Shown here in pieces: positions 1-10,174 of a stretch of DNA of 29,351 bases. Origin of the DNA: a virus; UHGV virus genome UHGV-0299584, one strand, 5' to 3'. The translations under genes were made by a program, and so were the position numbers. The number at the start of each line of letters is the position of its first letter. The stretch's first letter is position 1. The notes beneath the pieces were generated by a model, which was not told where the DNA came from, searched no databases, and saw only the letters and a program-made list of their open reading frames with translations.

Positions 1-59
1 AAGGTCTCATGACTCGTCGTGAGATTGAGCGTGAAATCTGTTTGTGGGGTCAGCAATGA
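1..59 (+). CDS. Endolysin, 3' end only (partial; reading frame begins at nt 3)
   Basis: Open frame entering the window translates ...[18 protein letters not shown] and stops at TGA 57-59, overlapping the Rz ATG (ATGA). Assignment rests on position immediately upstream of Rz/Rz1. Confidence 0.45.
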   Translation, partial: GLMTRREIEREICLWGQQ

Positions 60-523
60 ACAGAGTAACCGCGATTATCTCCGCTCTGGTTATCTGCATC
101 ATCGTCTGCCTGTCATGGGCTGTTAATCATTACCGTGATAATGCAATCGCCTACAAAGAACAGCGCGATAACAAGGCCAGTGAACTGGAGAAGGCGAACG
201 CCACCATTACTGACATGCAGCAGCGCCAGCGTGATGCTGATGCACTCGATGATAAATACACGAAGGAGTTAGCTGATGCGAAAGCTGAAAATGATGCTCT
301 TCGGCGCAAGCTTGATAATGGTGGTCGGGTGCTCGTCAAAGGAAAATGCCCTGTGCCATCCTCAGCCGAAACCTCCAGCGCCTCCGGCATGGGCAATGAT
401 GCCACCGTCGAACTCTCTCCAGTTGCTGGACGAAACGTTCTCGGTATCCGGGACGGAATTATCCGCGACCAAACAGCATTGAGAACGCTTCAGGAATACA
501 TCAGGACGCAATGCCTTCGATGA
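56..523 (+). CDS. Rz: Rz-type i-spanin (inner-membrane spanin)
   Basis: Protein [31 protein letters not shown]... has an N-terminal transmembrane segment then a coiled-coil periplasmic domain, closely resembling lambda Rz as recalled. ATG at 56 preferred over the GTG at 44 used by the ORF track. Rz1 is embedded in the +1 frame. Confidence 0.85.
   Translation: MNRVTAIISALVICIIVCLSWAVNHYRDNAIAYKEQRDNKASELEKANATITDMQQRQRDADALDDKYTKELADAKAENDALRRKLDNGGRVLVKGKCPVPSSAETSSASGMGNDATVELSPVAGRNVLGIRDGIIRDQTALRTLQEYIRTQCLR
276..482 (+). CDS. Rz1: Rz1-type o-spanin (outer-membrane lipoprotein), embedded in Rz
   Basis: +1-frame ORF wholly inside Rz. Product [21 protein letters not shown]... has a signal peptide with lipobox (VVGC) followed by a proline-rich segment ([11 protein letters not shown]), as in lambda Rz1. 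Confidence 0.75.
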   Translation: MRKLKMMLFGASLIMVVGCSSKENALCHPQPKPPAPPAWAMMPPSNSLQLLDETFSVSGTELSATKQH

Positions 524-698
524 TAGCGATAATTTTACTCATCATCCTTCACATCTAGCTCTGTAGACAGGGTGATGATCACTTCTGGAGTGAATCCAGA
601 TTAAACATCTCATTGCTGATGCTTGATATTGAGCATCTGGCGCGCGGTAAGGGGGCTGCGTTGAGATAAGAGCCAGTCATTACAAATACCAGGATTTA

Positions 699-722
699 GC
701 CTCGCATTTGCGGGGCTTTTTT
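699..722 (+). terminator. Putative intrinsic terminator downstream of lysis genes
   Basis: GCCTCG-catttg-CGGGGC stem (6 bp including one G.U) followed by TTTTTT at 717-722. Confidence 0.45.
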
Positions 723-870
723 ACATCTGCAGTAAACCGCGCATCGCAGCGCGTAACAATCCCGAGTCTTTCAGAAAGCTGAGCCTGAGAATTGCCGTAT
801 ATGGTGGCGACCATCTCGGGGACGGCTTTTCTGTGCGAACAGGCTCATCTTTCTAAAAGGTAAAGACGCA

Positions 871-1413
871 ATGAACTACCCAACCGTTGTTAACGATATA
901 GATTTCAGAGACCTAATTTTTGTAGCAAACAACGATCCGGTTACAGATTCTTTTATGGTGGCAAAAGCATTTGGAAAGCTGCCGAAGAACGTAGTCCGTG
1001 ACATTGAGCGAACCATAGAAGCTTGCCCTCCTGAGTTTGATACAAAGCTCAACTTTGAGCTTTGCTATAAAAACAATGAGTTACAGAATGGTAAGCCGCA
1101 AAAATTCTACCGTCTCCGCAAGGATGGGTTGATGCTTTTGGTTATGTCCTACACCAAAAAAGAAGCAATGCGTATCAAAATTGCTTACATCAACGCATTT
1201 AACTGGATGTACGCCATGCTTCAGGTTGGTCATCGTCAATTTGAAGAAGAGAGAAATGCCGTAATGCTGGAGTACATGAAAGAGAAGGATGTTGCCAGCA
1301 TGTCAGGCCGCCTGCTTAATCGCTGGGGAAAAATTAAGAAGCCTCAGCTACTGGCGAGAATTGAACGCCTTGAACAGCACGGGCAAACCGTAATCCCCGG
1401 ACTCACCAATTAA
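871..1413 (+). CDS. rha: Rha-family phage regulatory protein
   Basis: 180-aa ORF with RBS AAAGG at 856-860. Product matches my recollection of the Rha family, and the position between lysis cassette and terminase is where rha sits in P22-like phages. Confidence 0.65.
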   Translation: MNYPTVVNDIDFRDLIFVANNDPVTDSFMVAKAFGKLPKNVVRDIERTIEACPPEFDTKLNFELCYKNNELQNGKPQKFYRLRKDGLMLLVMSYTKKEAMRIKIAYINAFNWMYAMLQVGHRQFEEERNAVMLEYMKEKDVASMSGRLLNRWGKIKKPQLLARIERLEQHGQTVIPGLTN

Positions 1414-1632
1414 CGGCAGTACAGCGAAACAACCCAAGCCAGAAAGTGGGGAAATAACACTGGCAGCCACTGAAAGATGAACCTCCTGCCTTATGGCAAA
1501 AAAGATTCTTTGTGGTGGCGGACTGATGGAAAGACATCGGATAGAATAAAACAGTGGCTAGGGTAGCTCCCGAAAAGCGGAATCGTCACCGCCAGCCACT
1601 GAATCTATGACGAACAACTAGACGAGGTTGTG

Positions 1633-1848
1633 ATGGATGATAACGGAAACCAATGGATCAATGTTGAACACCGGCTACCAGAAAGCAAAGAAGGGATGTG
1701 GTCTAAAGAGGTTATAGCTCTTACTGATACTGGTGACGTGTTCAAACTATCATGTATGGGCTCTTACTGGCAGAGAACCAAGGCATTCATCGATTCAGGA
1801 GCAAGCAAGGTTACACACTGGATGCCGCTTAATTACCCAGATGATTAA
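1633..1848 (+). CDS. Small DUF551-like protein
   Basis: GAGG RBS 6 nt upstream of ATG 1633. Motifs WINVEHRLPE and VTHWMPLNYP are shared with the C-terminal domain of the 336-aa early-left protein (WISCSERMPD, VTHWREMPAAP). Confidence 0.55.
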   Translation: MDDNGNQWINVEHRLPESKEGMWSKEVIALTDTGDVFKLSCMGSYWQRTKAFIDSGASKVTHWMPLNYPDD

Positions 1849-1866
1849 AACGGATGAAAAATGAAA

Positions 1867-1888
1867 GGTCGCTCAGGCGGCCTTTTTT
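1867..1888 (+). terminator. Intrinsic terminator
   Basis: GGTCGC-tcag-GCGGCC hairpin (6 bp, one G.U) followed by TTTTTT. Confidence 0.55.
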
Positions 1889-1995
1889 ATTGCCATCACA
1901 AAAGCCATTCCCTACAGAGTGGCTTTGATAATGGCTTATACCCTACACGGGATAACTTAACTGATATCCCTTTTAACGGATAAACGGAGCCAACA

Positions 1996-2238
1996 ATGGC
2001 AGAGATTATTCCCATGACTGAAGAACAGAAATTCCAGTTAGAGATTTACAAGCTGGTCATGAACCAGAACGCAGCCGCAGAAGAAGCATTTCAATTCATT
2101 GGCACTGACGAACTGAAGCTTGAGCTATTCAAAATTCACTTCCAGTCAGGTGGCGCTAATTCAGATATCACGACCCGCACTATCGAAGCGGTGCGTAAAT
2201 CGAAGGAAGCGTTAGACCTGTTCACTACCGGAGCATGA
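1996..2238 (+). CDS. Hypothetical small protein (80 aa) upstream of terminase
   Basis: ATG with GGAG RBS at 1986-1989; no recognisable motif. Confidence 0.5.
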   Translation: MAEIIPMTEEQKFQLEIYKLVMNQNAAAEEAFQFIGTDELKLELFKIHFQSGGANSDITTRTIEAVRKSKEALDLFTTGA

Positions 2239-2239
2239 T

Positions 2240-2431
2240 GTGAGCCGCGTAATCAATTTGGGTAAGGAGAAGAAATTCCCAATTACTCAAGAGCTATACG
2301 AGCGGCTGGAAAGCGTCATCCATGATTATGGTGAAATCAGTGTATGTGAGGCGATTGGCACACTCGAATTGCTGAAGCAGTCATTGATTGAAAGCATGAA
2401 GAGCCAACGACCAGAAATGACAACTAAGTGA
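2240..2431 (+). CDS. Hypothetical small protein (63 aa), coupled to the preceding ORF and to terS
   Basis: GTG start 2 nt after the previous stop, GGAG 8 nt upstream; its stop lies 1 nt before the terS ATG. Confidence 0.45.
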   Translation: MSRVINLGKEKKFPITQELYERLESVIHDYGEISVCEAIGTLELLKQSLIESMKSQRPEMTTK

Positions 2432-2432
2432 G

Positions 2433-2927
2433 ATGAATATGGCAGCACCAAAGGGCAACCGATTTTGGGAGGCCCGCAGTAGTCATGGGCGAAATCCTAA
2501 ATTCGAATCGCCTGAGGCGCTGTGGGCTGCTTGTTGTGAATACTTCGAGTGGGCTGATGATAACCCGCTATGGGAGGGTAAGGTATTTTCATATCAGGGA
2601 GAAATAATTAAGGCTAATGTCCCTAAGATGCGAGCCATGACTATTTCAGGATTGTGTACCTTCCTTGATATCACCAGGCAAACATGGGGAACCTTCCGGT
2701 CAATGGAAGGTTTTTCTGACGTCACATCACGAGCGGAAGACATCATCTACGACCAGAAATTCTCTGGTGCAGCCGCTGACCTTCTCAACGCTAACATCAT
2801 CGCCCGTGATTTGGGCCTCAAAGAGCAGTCGCAAGTTGAAGACGTGACACCTGATAAGGGAGATCGCGATAAGCGACGCTCTCGTATCAAGGAGCTATTC
2901 AACCGTGGAACTGGACGCGATTCTTGA
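2433..2927 (+). CDS. terS: Terminase small subunit (P22 gp3-like)
   Basis: 164-aa product [40 protein letters not shown]... closely matches P22 gp3 as recalled; overlaps the terL start by 23 nt. Confidence 0.85.
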   Translation: MNMAAPKGNRFWEARSSHGRNPKFESPEALWAACCEYFEWADDNPLWEGKVFSYQGEIIKANVPKMRAMTISGLCTFLDITRQTWGTFRSMEGFSDVTSRAEDIIYDQKFSGAAADLLNANIIARDLGLKEQSQVEDVTPDKGDRDKRRSRIKELFNRGTGRDS

Positions 2928-4404
2928 TAACCTGAGCGACGAAGAGCAAATCGAATTGCTCGAGCTACTCGAAGAAGAAGAAAACTACCGGAACACACAC
3001 CTGCTATATGAATTTACGCCATACAGCAAACAGCGTGAGTTCATCGACGCCGGACATGACTATCCAGAGCGATGTTTTATGGCTGGTAACCAGCTTGGTA
3101 AGTCATTTACTGGTGCTGCTGAAGTCGCGTTTCACCTTACAGGGCGTTATCCGGGCACAAAAGGCTATCCTGCTGATGGTAAATATGGTGGGGAGTGGAA
3201 AGGTAAGCGTTTCTATGAGCCTGTTGTCTTCTGGATTGGTGGCGAGACAAACGAGACGGTAACCAAAACGACTCAACGCATCCTGTGCGGTCGTATCGAA
3301 GAGAATGATGAGCCAGGCTACGGTTCCATACCTAAAGAAGACATCATTAGCTGGAAGAAGTCTCCTTTCTTTCCGAACCTTGTTGATCATCTTCTGGTTA
3401 AGCATCACACGGCTGATGGCGTTGAAGATGGCATTTCAATCTGCTACTTCAAACCATACTCGCAAGGCCGCGCTCGCTGGCAGGGTGACACAATCCACGG
3501 CGTGTGGTTTGACGAAGAGCCACCATACAGCATTTATGGCGAAGGTCTTACCCGTACCAACAAATACGGGCAATTCTCAATTCTGACGTTTACCCCGCTG
3601 ATGGGGATGTCTGACGTTGTTACCAAGTTCCTGAAGAATCCAAGCAAGTCGCAGAAAGTGGTCAACATGACCATCTATGACGCTGAGCACTACACCGACG
3701 AGCAGAAAGAGCAAATCATCGCATCCTATCCTGAGCATGAGAGAGAGGCGCGTGCTCGCGGTATTCCTACGATGGGTAGTGGTCGAATCTTCCAGATACC
3801 GGAAGAGACGATTAAGTGTCAGCCGTTCGAGTGTCCTGATCACTTCTACGTAATTGGCGGGATGGATTTCGGATGGGATCACCCGCAGGCGCAGGTTCAG
3901 CTTTGGTGGGATAAGGACGCAGACACAATCTACGTTTCACGCGTGTGGAAGGCGAAAGAAAAAACAGCGGTTCAGGCATGGGGAGCTGTTAAATCATGGG
4001 CGCATAAAGTGCCAACCGCATGGCCTCATGACGGAAACCAGCATGAGAAGGGCGGCGGTGAGCAGCTCAAAGGGCAGTATGCAGACGCTGGATTTATGAT
4101 GTTACAGGAGCATGCGACATGGCCTGATGGCGGTAATGCTGTTGAGCCTGGCATCACTGAATTGCGCGACATGATGCTCGATGGTCGCTTCAAAGTATTC
4201 AACACCTGTGAGCCATTCTTTGAGGAGTTCCGCCTCTATCACCGTGATGAAAACGGGAAAATCGTCAAGCTTAACGACGACGTTCTCTCAGCCGTTCGCT
4301 ATGCATACATGATGCGCCGCTTTGCCAAAATGATGCGCGATATCAAAAAACCAAAAGAGAAAAAGATACCAGCCCCAATCAGGCCCATCGCACGGAGAAC
4401 TTAA
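2905..4404 (+). CDS. terL: Terminase large subunit (P22 gp2-like)
   Basis: 499 aa, the same length as P22 gp2 and near-identical by recollection; GTG start. Confidence 0.93.
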   Translation: MELDAILDNLSDEEQIELLELLEEEENYRNTHLLYEFTPYSKQREFIDAGHDYPERCFMAGNQLGKSFTGAAEVAFHLTGRYPGTKGYPADGKYGGEWKGKRFYEPVVFWIGGETNETVTKTTQRILCGRIEENDEPGYGSIPKEDIISWKKSPFFPNLVDHLLVKHHTADGVEDGISICYFKPYSQGRARWQGDTIHGVWFDEEPPYSIYGEGLTRTNKYGQFSILTFTPLMGMSDVVTKFLKNPSKSQKVVNMTIYDAEHYTDEQKEQIIASYPEHEREARARGIPTMGSGRIFQIPEETIKCQPFECPDHFYVIGGMDFGWDHPQAQVQLWWDKDADTIYVSRVWKAKEKTAVQAWGAVKSWAHKVPTAWPHDGNQHEKGGGEQLKGQYADAGFMMLQEHATWPDGGNAVEPGITELRDMMLDGRFKVFNTCEPFFEEFRLYHRDENGKIVKLNDDVLSAVRYAYMMRRFAKMMRDIKKPKEKKIPAPIRPIARRT

Positions 4405-6570
4405 ATGGCCGACGAAAACAGACTCAATTCCATTCTGTGCAAGTTTGACGCGGACTGGATGGCGAGCGATGAAGCCAGAACCGAGGCGACAAATGACCTG
4501 TATTTTAGCCGAGTGTCGCAATGGGATGACTGGCTATCAAACTACACCACCCTGCAATATCGCGGACAATTCGATGTTGTTCGCCCGGTGGTCAGGAAAC
4601 TGGTCGCAGAGATGCGTCGGAACCCTATCGACGTTCTATTCAGACCCAAAGACGGCGCTAATCCTGATGCAGCCGATGTGTTGATGGGGATGTATCGTAC
4701 TGATATGCGCCATAACACGGCAAAGATTGCCGTTAACGTTGGCGTTCGTGAGCAGATAGAGTCCGGCGTTGGTGCATGGCGTCTGGTCACACAGTACGAA
4801 GACAACGACCCAACAAGCAACAATCAGGTAATCCGACGCCTTCCAATCCATGAAGCCTGCTCACACGTCATATGGGACGCAAACAGCAAGCAGATGGATA
4901 AGAGCGACGCTAAGCACTGCACGGTGATTAACGCCTTGTCGCGCAATGGCTGGAAAGAGTTCGCAGAGGATTACGGTATTGATCCTGACACCCTGCCATC
5001 TTTCCAGAATCCGAACGACACATGGCTGTTTCCGTGGGTATCGAATGATGTCGTCTACGTCGCTGAGTATTACGAGGTAGAAGAGAAGAAGGAGAAAGTC
5101 TTCATCTACCGCGACCCGTTGACAGGTGAGCCAGTCAGCTATTACCAGCAGGATATTAAAGACGTTATCGACGACCTGGCTAATCGTGGATTCATTAAGG
5201 TAGCAGAGCGCAAGGTGAAGCGTCGTCGTGTGTATAAGTCGATCATCACCTGCACGCAGATACTGAAAGACCGAGAAAAGATAGCCGGAGAGCATATCCC
5301 AATCGTTCCAGTGTATGGAGAATGGTCATTCGCTGGTGACAAGGAGTGCTACGAGGGAGTGGTAAGGCTGACGAAAGACGGTCAACGCCTTCGTAACATG
5401 ATCATGTCGTTCAACGCCGATATTGTTGCTCGTTCACCGAAGAAGAAACCGACCTTCTTCCCTGAGCAAATCGAAGGCTACGAATACATGTACGGTGGAA
5501 ATGATGACTATCCGTACTATCTGCAGAACAGGACCGATGAAAACGGTAACGACCTGCCGATTGGTCCAATCTCCTACATGGAAAACCCTGAAGTGCCGCA
5601 AGCCAACGCTTACATGCTTGAGGCTGCCACCAACGCAGTGAAAGAGGTGGCTAGTCTTGGCGTGGATGCGCAGGCAGCAAACTCTCAGGTCGCTTTCGAT
5701 ACTGTCAATCAACTGAACATGCGAGCAGACCTTGAGACATATGTGTTTCAGGATAACCTGGCTACCGCAATGCGACGTGATGGCGAGATTTATGCCTCAA
5801 TGGTCAACGATATTTATGACGTTCCTCGTCATGTAACGCTGACACTTGAAGATGGTAGCGAGAAAGACGTTCAACTATACGCGCAAGTTGTAGATTACCA
5901 GTCCGGTAATGTGGTCACGCTCAACGACATTCGCGGTCGCTATGAGTGCTATACAGACGTTGGACCATCCTTCCAGAGTATGAAGGAACAGAACCGCGCA
6001 GAGATTCAGGAGTTGCTCACCAAGGTTCCGCAAGGTACTCCAGAGTTCCAGATGCTGATGCTGCAATACTTCACGCTGCTTGACGGTAAAGGCGTCGAGA
6101 TGATGCGAGAGTACGCGAACAAGCAACTGGTGATGATGGGGCTGAAGAAACCAGAAACACCTGAAGAGATGGAGATGGTACAGCAGGCTCAACAGCAGCC
6201 GCAGCAGCCATCAGCAGAGCAAATTCAGGCGCAGGGTATCCTTCTGCAAGGTCAGGCTGAATTGCTCAAGGCAGAGAACCAACAGGCGCAGATTCAGGTT
6301 GAAGCCGCCAAGGTTGAAGCCCAAAACCAACTCAACGCCGCGAAGATTGCGGAAATCTTCAACAATATGGACCTCGACAAACAGGCAGAACTGCGTGAGT
6401 ACCTCAAGCTCGTAGGTCAATTCCAGCAACAGCGCAGCAAAGATGCTCGTGCTAACGCTGAGCTGCTTCTTAAAGATGCAGACCAGACTCATTCACAACG
6501 CATGGATTTCGCGAATCTTATGCGTCAAGTTCAAATCCCCTCCGGCGGAGTAGCCGAGACACCTCAATAA
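4405..6570 (+). CDS. Portal protein (P22 gp1-like)
   Basis: 721 aa; N-terminus [18 protein letters not shown]... and Q/A-rich C-terminal barrel region match the P22 portal as recalled. GGAG RBS; ATG abuts the terL stop. Confidence 0.95.
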   Translation: MADENRLNSILCKFDADWMASDEARTEATNDLYFSRVSQWDDWLSNYTTLQYRGQFDVVRPVVRKLVAEMRRNPIDVLFRPKDGANPDAADVLMGMYRTDMRHNTAKIAVNVGVREQIESGVGAWRLVTQYEDNDPTSNNQVIRRLPIHEACSHVIWDANSKQMDKSDAKHCTVINALSRNGWKEFAEDYGIDPDTLPSFQNPNDTWLFPWVSNDVVYVAEYYEVEEKKEKVFIYRDPLTGEPVSYYQQDIKDVIDDLANRGFIKVAERKVKRRRVYKSIITCTQILKDREKIAGEHIPIVPVYGEWSFAGDKECYEGVVRLTKDGQRLRNMIMSFNADIVARSPKKKPTFFPEQIEGYEYMYGGNDDYPYYLQNRTDENGNDLPIGPISYMENPEVPQANAYMLEAATNAVKEVASLGVDAQAANSQVAFDTVNQLNMRADLETYVFQDNLATAMRRDGEIYASMVNDIYDVPRHVTLTLEDGSEKDVQLYAQVVDYQSGNVVTLNDIRGRYECYTDVGPSFQSMKEQNRAEIQELLTKVPQGTPEFQMLMLQYFTLLDGKGVEMMREYANKQLVMMGLKKPETPEEMEMVQQAQQQPQQPSAEQIQAQGILLQGQAELLKAENQQAQIQVEAAKVEAQNQLNAAKIAEIFNNMDLDKQAELREYLKLVGQFQQQRSKDARANAELLLKDADQTHSQRMDFANLMRQVQIPSGGVAETPQ

Positions 6571-6583
6571 GAGAGAGTTAACC

Positions 6584-7495
6584 ATGGACCAAACCACCGA
6601 CATTCAGGCTTCTGAAGAATTAACCCTGCCCGGCAATCATGCAGCGGCATCTGCTGATGGCTTAGTTGTCGATAATGCCAACGACATCGCAGGTCAGGAA
6701 GAAGGCTTCGAGATTGTCCTGAAAGACGATGAGAAACCAAAACAAGACCCGGCAACTAATGCTGAATTTGCCCGTCGCCGCATCGAACGCAAACGCCAGC
6801 GTGAGCTTGAGCAGCAGATGGAAGCGGTTAAGCGTGGAGAGTTGCCGGAGCACCTGCGGGTGAACCCTGAGTTACCAAAACAACCAGACCCTAACGATTA
6901 TCTTTCCGAAGATGCACTGGCTAAGTACGACTATGACCAGAGCCGCGCACTGGCTGCCTTCCAGCAGGCAAACAGTGAATGGCAGATCAAGGCTATGGAC
7001 GCACGAAGCCAGGCTGTCGCCGAGCAGGGTCGCAAAACTCAGGAGTTCACCCAGCAATCAGCGCAATACGTCGAGGCAGCCCGTAAGCACTACGACGCAG
7101 CGGAAAAGCTCAATATCCCTGACTATCAGGAGAAAGAGGATGCATTCATGCAACTGGTGCCGCCAACAGTCGGTGCCGATATCATGCGCCTCTTCCCGGA
7201 GAAATCCGCTGCTCTCATGTATCACCTTGGTGCTAATCCTGAGAAAACACGCCAGTTGCTGGCGATGGACGGGCAATCCGCGCTGATTGAACTCACTCGA
7301 CTGTCAGAACGTTTAACTCTCAAGCCTCGAGCCAAGCCTGTTTCAGAAGCCCCGTTACCTGATGAACCCATTCAGGGACATGCTGTTGCTGCAAATATCT
7401 CTGCGATTGAAAAGCAGATGGAGGCGGCAGCAAACAAAGGGGATGTAGAGACGTACCGCAAGCTCAAGGCGCAACTGAATAAAGGAATTCGATAA
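6584..7495 (+). CDS. Scaffolding protein (P22 gp8-like)
   Basis: 303 aa, same length as P22 gp8, with conserved C-terminal coat-binding helix-turn-helix region (...[18 protein letters not shown]). Confidence 0.92.
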   Translation: MDQTTDIQASEELTLPGNHAAASADGLVVDNANDIAGQEEGFEIVLKDDEKPKQDPATNAEFARRRIERKRQRELEQQMEAVKRGELPEHLRVNPELPKQPDPNDYLSEDALAKYDYDQSRALAAFQQANSEWQIKAMDARSQAVAEQGRKTQEFTQQSAQYVEAARKHYDAAEKLNIPDYQEKEDAFMQLVPPTVGADIMRLFPEKSAALMYHLGANPEKTRQLLAMDGQSALIELTRLSERLTLKPRAKPVSEAPLPDEPIQGHAVAANISAIEKQMEAAANKGDVETYRKLKAQLNKGIR

Positions 7496-8017
7496 TTATT
7501 TCGATATCGTGATGTTGTTTTCCTCGTCAAACTTTCTGATTACTTCTTTCGCCTCTTCGAATGAAGAACATACTTTTTGCACTCTTGCATTAAGCAGTCG
7601 CTTATGAGCGATCCATCTTTTCCGCGTGTTGCAAAAGTAAACTCCAGATATTCCGCTGGAGTTATTTTTAGATAGTTTGATTCTATTCCTTTGGTTTGCT
7701 GATTTTTTCACAAGACGAAGATTTTCAATTCTGTTGTCGTGGCGAATCCCATTTATATGGTCAATTTCCATGCCTTCTGGAATATCTCCGTTAAACATTA
7801 CCCATACGATGCGGTGTGCTAGCCACTTAATGCCGTTAATTCTTATGCGGATATATCCATTGCTTTCTAAAAGACCAGCAACTTTTCCAGCGTGTTTTGC
7901 ATTCCAAACGTTGTGATAGTTGCGATTCTTTTTGTTGTTGAAAAATTCAGAGCTTCTGGCTTTCCAAACCAAAGAACCATCGCGGTATTCGAAGTATTCA
8001 TTCAGTTCCATGCTCAT
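7496..8017 (-). CDS. Free-standing HNH homing endonuclease
   Basis: 173-aa product contains the HNH core EIDHINGIRHDNRIENLRLV plus a C-terminal basic region (GISGVYFCNTRKRWIAHK) resembling the DNA-binding modules of phage homing endonucleases. Antisense to the late operon, AT-rich by eye; its stop abuts the scaffold stop. Confidence 0.8.
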   Translation of the reverse strand: MSMELNEYFEYRDGSLVWKARSSEFFNNKKNRNYHNVWNAKHAGKVAGLLESNGYIRIRINGIKWLAHRIVWVMFNGDIPEGMEIDHINGIRHDNRIENLRLVKKSANQRNRIKLSKNNSSGISGVYFCNTRKRWIAHKRLLNARVQKVCSSFEEAKEVIRKFDEENNITISK

Positions 8018-8084
8018 AACCCTAATGCGCTATATGTTGATATAACAATAGTATAGCACATAAAGAAAGTAAGGTATTCAATAT

Positions 8085-9380
8085 ATGACTCTCAAAGAAG
8101 GGCAGTTAGTTACTTACGCTATCGATGAAATCATCGAAACCGTCCAGAACCTGACGCCAATGGCGTCCAAAGTGACAAAATACACCCCTCCGGCAGAATC
8201 CATGCAACGTTCAAGCAACACCGTGTGGATGCCTGTTGAGCAGGAAGCGCCAACTCAGACTGGCTGGGATTTAACTGGCAACGCAACCGGGATTCTGGAA
8301 CTCTCCGTGAAGTGCAACATGGGCGATCCGGATAACGATTTCTTCGAGCTTCGTGCAGATGACCTGCGTGATGAGCGTTCTTACCGTCGCCGCATCCAGG
8401 CATCCGCCAAAAAACTGGCGAATAACATTGAGTCAGCAATTGCCAAACAGGCAACCGAAATGGGCTCACTTGTTGTTCACGATACCAGCGCAATTGGTCC
8501 ATCTACTGGCCTGTCTGGCTGGGATTTTGTGTCTGATGCAGAGCGACTGATGTTCTCCCGCGAACTCAACCGCGACATGGGTATCAGTTACTTCCTGAAC
8601 CCTGACGATTACCGCAAAGCAGGCCGCAATCTTGTAGATGGTGACATCTTCGGGCGCGTTCCTGAAGATACGTATCGCAACGGTACTATTCAGCGTCAGA
8701 TTGCTGGCTTTGATGAAATTCTTCGCTCACCGAAACTTCCGGCAGTTACCAAGTCAACCGCTACTGGTGTAACTGTTTCTGGCGCGCAGAAGTTTAAGCC
8801 GCAGGCATACACCCTTGATACCGATGGTAACAAAGAGAACGTCGACAACCGTGTTGCAACGGTGACCGTATCCTCCACCACCGGATTTAAGCGCGGCGAC
8901 AAAATCAGTTTCACTGGTGTGAAATTCCTGTCTCAGATGGCGAAGAACGTGCTGACTGATGATGCAACTTTCTCAATCACCCGTGTGATCGATAGTACTC
9001 ACATCGAAATCACGCCGAAGCCGATTGCACTGGATGACGCGTCACTGACAAAAGAAGAGAAGGCTTACGCTAACGTAAACACCTCTCTTGCTGATACCAC
9101 TCCGGTAAACGTTCTGAACGTGGCAACAACCACCGCTAACGTGTTCTGGGCTGATGACTCAATCCGCCTTCTGTCTCAGCCGATCCCGGTAACCCATGAA
9201 CTGTTTGCTGGCATGAAAACGTCTTCCTTCAGCATTCCTGGTATTGGTGTTAACGGCATCTTCGCAACGCAGGGTGATATCAACACTCTGTCTGGTAAGT
9301 GCCGTATTGCTGTGTGGTATTCAGCATGTGCTGTACGACCAGAAGCAATTGGTGTTGGTCTGCCTAATCAGACCGCGTGA
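8085..9380 (+). CDS. Major coat protein (P22 gp5-like)
   Basis: 431 aa; sequence tracks the P22 coat protein along its length by recollection (e.g. ...[12 protein letters not shown]..., ...[11 protein letters not shown]..., C-terminal [14 protein letters not shown]). Confidence 0.95.
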   Translation: MTLKEGQLVTYAIDEIIETVQNLTPMASKVTKYTPPAESMQRSSNTVWMPVEQEAPTQTGWDLTGNATGILELSVKCNMGDPDNDFFELRADDLRDERSYRRRIQASAKKLANNIESAIAKQATEMGSLVVHDTSAIGPSTGLSGWDFVSDAERLMFSRELNRDMGISYFLNPDDYRKAGRNLVDGDIFGRVPEDTYRNGTIQRQIAGFDEILRSPKLPAVTKSTATGVTVSGAQKFKPQAYTLDTDGNKENVDNRVATVTVSSTTGFKRGDKISFTGVKFLSQMAKNVLTDDATFSITRVIDSTHIEITPKPIALDDASLTKEEKAYANVNTSLADTTPVNVLNVATTTANVFWADDSIRLLSQPIPVTHELFAGMKTSSFSIPGIGVNGIFATQGDINTLSGKCRIAVWYSACAVRPEAIGVGLPNQTA

Positions 9381-9387
9381 TAACCAG

Positions 9388-9409
9388 AGGGAGCTTCGGC
9401 TCTCTTTTT
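9388..9409 (+). terminator. Hairpin with C(UUCG)G tetraloop plus U-run just after the coat stop (terminator or attenuator)
   Basis: AGGGAGC-ttcg-GCTCTCT stem with TTTTT at 9405-9409, 8 nt after the coat TGA. Confidence 0.5.
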
Positions 9410-9423
9410 ATCTGGAGACAAGC

Positions 9424-9696
9424 ATGACACACATGATCTTTCGTCATGGCGACATGAAGAAATGGAAAGGCGTTGGATACGACTTTGAAATCGTGAAAGC
9501 CGAAGAGCTTCAGGAATATCTGGATGCTGGCTGGTTTGCACATCCTGATGATCTTCTGAAGGATGTTGCAGAGCCAGAGCCAGAGCCAGAGCCAGAGCCA
9601 GAACCAGAGCCAGAGCCAGAGCCAGAAGAAAAACAGCGTAAAAAGCCTGGTCGAAAACCTAAGGCGGCAGCAGATGAACCTGACAACGAAGGGTGA
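9424..9696 (+). CDS. Small acidic protein with (Glu-Pro)n linker repeat
   Basis: ATG 9424 with GGAGA RBS. Product [38 protein letters not shown]... then an EP dipeptide run, then the basic tail [11 protein letters not shown]. Overlaps the gp4 start. Confidence 0.6.
   Translation: MTHMIFRHGDMKKWKGVGYDFEIVKAEELQEYLDAGWFAHPDDLLKDVAEPEPEPEPEPEPEPEPEPEEKQRKKPGRKPKAAADEPDNEG
9571..9624 (+). repeat. Tandem hexanucleotide repeat (GAGCCA)x9, one unit GAACCA
   Basis: Nine contiguous 6-nt units read directly from the sequence, in frame as Glu-Pro. Confidence 0.95.
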
Positions 9697-10174
9697 TTTA
9701 GTTCTTGCGGCATTACGTAAGCTCGGTGTGGCATCAAATGCCACGTTAACCGATGTCGAACCGCAGTCTATGGAAGACGGCGTCAACGACCTTGAAATGA
9801 TGATGGCTGAATGGCTTGGCGGTGATGCGTCACCTGGTATCAACGTTGGCTACATTTTTGCTGATGCAGATGTCGCTCCGGATCAGGGCGATGAGCACGG
9901 TTTATCAAATAACGCCATCAATGCCGTCATTTTCAACCTTGCCTGCCGCATTGCTCCGGATTATGCGCTGGAAGCGCCAGCAAAACTTATAACCACTGCC
10001 AGATACGGGAAAGAGCGACTCGTCAAACTGTCTGCAATGGACAGAGCAAAAGCCGCTAAATGTAAGTCCGGTTATCCAAACCGTATGCCTGTTGGTAGCG
10101 GTAACCAGTTGGCGAAGTGGAATGGTTGGAATTACTTCCACCGGAAGGAACCTTGCGATAACGGGGGCGAATAA
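9674..10174 (+). CDS. Head completion / portal-binding protein (P22 gp4-like)
   Basis: 166 aa from ATG 9674 ([21 protein letters not shown]...), same length as P22 gp4. The ORF-track extension from 9563 (MLQSQSQ...) is a frame artefact of the hexamer repeat. Confidence 0.85.
   Translation: MNLTTKGDLVLAALRKLGVASNATLTDVEPQSMEDGVNDLEMMMAEWLGGDASPGINVGYIFADADVAPDQGDEHGLSNNAINAVIFNLACRIAPDYALEAPAKLITTARYGKERLVKLSAMDRAKAAKCKSGYPNRMPVGSGNQLAKWNGWNYFHRKEPCDNGGE

Noticed and set aside
44-55. GTG start at 44 for Rz (ORF-track start)
   Set aside because: The ATG at 56 gives the canonical Rz N-terminus ([12 protein letters not shown]...) and forms an ATGA overlap with the upstream endolysin stop.
4445-6492. 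Multiple 60-145-aa ORFs on both strands inside the portal gene (e.g. 4861-5295 -, 5875-6192 -, 6211-6492 -)
   Set aside because: Wholly contained in a well-supported 721-aa portal gene and lacking RBSs; typical antisense or alternate-frame shadow ORFs.
9571-9624. Possible CRISPR array
   Set aside because: Units are contiguous 6-nt repeats with no spacers; this is an in-frame microsatellite, not a repeat-spacer array.
9563-9673. N-terminal extension of the gp4 ORF ([15 protein letters not shown]...), and the antisense ORFs 9364-9843 (WLWLWL...) and 9510-9737 (GSGSGS...)
   Set aside because: All are alternative-frame readings of the (GAGCCA)9 hexamer repeat; the real gp4 starts at ATG 9674 and the repeat is read as Glu-Pro in the upstream gene's frame.
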